DNA of 10,148 nucleotides from Trichormus sp. ATA11-4-KO1 (GTDB lineage Bacteria > Cyanobacteriota > Cyanobacteriia > Cyanobacteriales > Nostocaceae): the NCBI GenBank assembly GCA_019358915.1, contig JAHHIM010000071.1, forward strand, positions 1-10,148, in the 5' to 3' direction. The notes under the pieces are model-generated. The model was given only the letters and a program-made list of their open reading frames with translations, was not told the origin of the DNA and made no database searches. The position numbers were made by a program, and so were the translations under genes. This document shows positions 7,843-10,148 of the stretch, one piece after another; positions within the stretch are counted from its first letter, which is position 1; every line of letters begins with the position of its first letter.

Positions 7843-7871
7843 TTGTTGAATTAAGTTACATAATTCAACAA
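7843..7871. repeat. Perfect 11-bp inverted repeat with 7-bp spacer
   Basis: TTGTTGAATTA-AGTTACA-TAATTCAACAA, between the recombinase stop and the antitoxin start. Confidence 0.85.
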
Positions 7872-7895
7872 TAGTATTCTTTTCTCTCTGGCAGT

Positions 7896-8492
7896 TCAAA
7901 AATCCAAAGCAGAGATAGCGTTTTGCTTCTGCTTCTCAGTTACCCCCAGATATCGCTCCAAAGCCGCCAAAGTCCGATGCCCCGATATCTCCTGTATATG
8001 ACGCAACGGTATCCCCGCATCGCTCATCCTGGTTAACGCAGTCCTCCTGAAACTGTGGGTACTCACGCCCTCAATCCCCAGCCGCGCACAGGTATCTCTG
8101 AGGATTTTATCAGCACTCACCTTGTGGATATGTCCCAACCCATGCCGCCCAGGAAACAAAAACTCCTTGCGGCGGTTGGGGTTGTACTCTTCCAAATACT
8201 GCTTGAGCTTCGGATGCACTCGAATTTCCCTGGTGTCCCGCTTGCCTTTAGTGTTGACGCTCCGTAGCACCAACACCCCCCTGACACCATTGCTGCCAAA
8301 CACGTCATTTACCGCCAACGTGCAAGCCTCGTTGATTCGGCAAGCAGCATAAAGACACACGCCGAATAGAGCGCGATTACGCGCAGCGTAGTGCCGGAGG
8401 CAATCGCGTGGGTTGACAAAGCCCTCGTTAAATAGGAGATTAATTTGGTCAGGGGTGAGAATTTCTGCTCGACCGAAACGATTGATTTTCAT
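7896..8492 (-). CDS. Tyrosine recombinase (short, catalytic-domain-only type)
   Basis: Catalytic motifs ACRINE (R), TKGK (K), HSFRRT (HxxR), ISGH (H) and LERYL (Y). The real start is probably ATG 8492 (MKINRFGRAEILT); the extension to 8555 in the ORF track translates heptamer repeats. Confidence 0.92.
   Translation of the reverse strand: MKINRFGRAEILTPDQINLLFNEGFVNPRDCLRHYAARNRALFGVCLYAACRINEACTLAVNDVFGSNGVRGVLVLRSVNTKGKRDTREIRVHPKLKQYLEEYNPNRRKEFLFPGRHGLGHIHKVSADKILRDTCARLGIEGVSTHSFRRTALTRMSDAGIPLRHIQEISGHRTLAALERYLGVTEKQKQNAISALDF
8378..8404. mobile_element. 27-nt structured insertion in a HIP1 octamer (SDR5-like small dispersed repeat)
   Basis: Removing 8378-8404 regenerates GCGATCGC and the usual RDRALF motif. 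The insert folds as TACGC-GCA-GCGTA plus TGCC-GGA-GGCA, closed by GCGAT/ATCGC. Confidence 0.8.
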
Positions 8493-8680
8493 TGAAGATT
8501 GCAGATTGAAGATTGCAGATTGTTTTTGGAGATTGTAGAAGTCATATTGAAGCAAGATATTGATTAATTGGGGTTATAAATCCGAGAATCGAGAAGATTG
8601 GAGATTGAAGATTGAATAAACACTTGCCCAAGTCTTTTAAGCAGGGGTCAATCTCAAATCTACAATCGGCAATCTCCAAT
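8491..8680. repeat. Heptamer tandem repeats (STRR-like) in both orientations
   Basis: ATTG(A/C)AG x4 at 8491-8518; ATTGGAG ATTGAAG ATTGAAT at 8597-8617; inverted CAATCTC AAATCTA CAATCGG CAATCTC at 8649-8676. Confidence 0.85.
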
Positions 8681-9289
8681 TGCTTGAGCGTAAGGTTTTG
8701 AGAGAGGACACCAGCATTGATACAATTTCGTTAGCTTCCTGCATTAAGTTCTGAAGCAATTTAGAGTCCACTAATTTCGCTTTGACAATCAATTCCATCC
8801 AATAAACAATACCTTAGCCAAAATAAGAGCCTTGATAATTTTTGGCAAAACTGGCAAAAATAAGCATACATAAGCGTTTCGATAAAAAGGTAGTTTGTCA
8901 TCCCAAACCCTTATCCTGCTGTCAATACGTTAAAAAACCCTTGTGGGAAACCTTAAAGGAATTTTTATGGCTGATTGTTTTTGCCAAGCCGAGCGAGAAA
9001 TGGGAGTTAATGGTTAAAGCATCATCATCTCACCCTCGTAAATTGGCTAAGGTATTGATAAAGCGATTCATCGGCTTCCTCTAATGTAATATTGAGCTTG
9101 GTGATCAGTTCAGCCGTTGATTTGGCACTGGCTCCTGCCCGATAATTGGCTCCTACTGAAGTTCCTGAACGGAGTAATTGTTTGCCTATGACTTGTGAAG
9201 TTGTTTGGTCTTTTGGTAAGGCCTCAACTAAATTAATCACCCGTAAAGCACTCGTATTGGGTTCTCTCCTTAAACTGCTCCTTGTCCAT
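8637..9289 (-). pseudogene. Four-helix-bundle protein (23S rRNA intervening-sequence protein / TIGR02436-like), disrupted
   Basis: ATG 9289 gives MDKEQFKERT, then a +1 frameshift near 9251-9260 to ALRVINLVEALP..IGKQLLRSGTSVGANYRA..EEADESLY, then the MITE, then WMELIVKAKLV..LMQEANEIVSMLVSSLKTLR..stop at 8637. Confidence 0.88.
8807..9057. mobile_element. 251-bp MITE (non-autonomous IS derivative)
   Basis: 15-bp perfect TIR CAATACCTTAGCCAA (8807-8821) / TTGGCTAAGGTATTG (9043-9057), 20/23 when extended. 5-bp target duplication ATAAA at 8802-8806 and 9058-9062. Excision restores ESLY-WMEL in frame. Confidence 0.93.
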
Positions 9290-9297
9290 TTCTCCCC

Positions 9298-9318
9298 CAA
9301 TCTGCAATCTCCAATCTC
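9298..9318. repeat. Heptamer tandem repeat upstream of the four-helix-bundle gene
   Basis: CAATCTG CAATCTC CAATCTC. Confidence 0.75.
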
Positions 9319-9616
9319 CCCTCGACAATCCTACATGATCTTCGAGCAGGAAGACAATGTATGTGACCGAAAACCCTATGATCTCGTCAGCGATGACACC
9401 CGATTAACACAGACTTATCATTCAGCCCGACTGCACGACCGCTACAACCCGCATGATTCCGTAGGCTGATTAAACTTGCTTATCTAGGCTGCACGATGAC
9501 CACTTGCAGGTATAATCCACACCAATAGCATTCGTTCATGTTTGGGCTGGCATGAGTTGTCTATACTCGCTTCTACACCCCTGGTTACTCCATCGTTGCT
9601 ATCAAAAACGATATCA

Positions 9617-9659
9617 ATTTCCGTCTCCACCAGCGTCTAGATATGGTGTAGACGGAAAT
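9617..9659. repeat. 16-bp inverted repeat (1 mismatch) with 11-nt spacer
   Basis: ATTTCCGTCTCCACCA 9617-9632 / TGGTGTAGACGGAAAT 9644-9659. Confidence 0.8.
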
Positions 9660-9946
9660 CAAATGTAAATAAAATTTAGCTCCCTAGTGGAGCGGGAACA
9701 TTTCATGCTACAGGTAAATTGGTACATTCAGAATTGCGAAAAATATCAAATTGCAGAATGCTTATCCAGTAGGGGTTACAGCCTTAGCGTAACTTTCTGT
9801 TCGATTGCTCATTTACCCCCTATTTGTGCAATCCTCATGTAGTGTTTTATTCAAACGCGTAACTCCTAAAATCTTTTCTTATAACCTGTCGTGTATTAAA
9901 TATTACGTTATAGTAAGAACTAAATCAGTTTATTTATTTAGCAGAT

Positions 9947-10024
9947 ATGGTTGATTTCAAAAAGAAACTGGGGACAAAATCGATTGAGAAAAAAGTAAAT
10001 CCTGTTGAGATTTACGATAGCTTA
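9947..10024 (+). pseudogene. 5' fragment of a gene interrupted by an IS; probably a DEAD/DEAH-box (SF2) helicase
   Basis: ATG 9947 reads MVDFKKKLGTKSIEKKVNPVEIYDSL, then enters the IS end and stops. The N-terminus resembles my recollection of SF2 helicase starts; no helicase motif is inside the window. Confidence 0.55.
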
Positions 10025-10148
10025 GAGGGTGTTTGAAAAGTCAGAAAGGTTGTAAAAAAGCTCTCTCAGTATAAGCTGTGAATGAATAGTAAACAGCACC
10101 GAGAGAGTGACATGAGTAAAGCTTACCCCAGCAATCTGACCCGTGACC
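10025..10148 (+). mobile_element. Left end of an IS5-family (IS1031-like) insertion sequence, truncated by the window
   Basis: Terminus GAGGGTGTTTGAAAAG follows TTA (10022-10024, candidate 3-bp target); a transposase start lies at 10112. Confidence 0.8.
10112..10148 (+). CDS. IS5-family transposase, N-terminal fragment (partial)
   Basis: MSKAYPSNLTRD matches the YPS(D/N)LT N-terminal motif of IS5-family (DUF4096) transposases. Confidence 0.8.
   Translation, partial: MSKAYPSNLTRD

Noticed and set aside
8493..8555. N-terminal extension of the recombinase in the ORF track
   Set aside because: TTG start and translation of heptamer repeats (NLQ..FNLQSS).
8637..9289. Diversity-generating retroelement (Avd-like gene)
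   Set aside because: No reverse transcriptase or TR/VR repeat pair is in the window.
8842..9469. Plus-strand ORFs 8842-9084 and 9146-9469
   Set aside because: The first reads through the MITE without transposase motifs; the second is largely antisense to the four-helix-bundle pseudogene.

Overview
Accessory region, probably plasmid-borne and probably from a filamentous (Nostocales-like) cyanobacterium; this is inferred from a HIP1 site, heptamer tandem repeats and an SDR-like insertion. Left to right: a long branched hairpin (34-183); a two-gene short prokaryotic Argonaute operon (DUF4365/DREN nuclease-APAZ plus a catalytically inactive short pAgo, i.e. SPARDA-type, 597-3420); a convergent small parA plus adaptor gene with 8-bp-periodic repeats; a small orphan ORF; a DUF2726-type nuclease-domain gene; an AbiE-like type IV toxin-antitoxin pair; a short tyrosine recombinase with a 27-nt in-frame structured insertion in a HIP1 site; a four-helix-bundle pseudogene broken by a frameshift and a 251-bp MITE; and the 5' end of a probable helicase gene interrupted by an IS5-family element running off the window. 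The Argonaute system belongs to a recently described class, so it is not new as a class. Its context and several small structured DNA elements deserve follow-up. All family calls come from motif recognition, not database searches.
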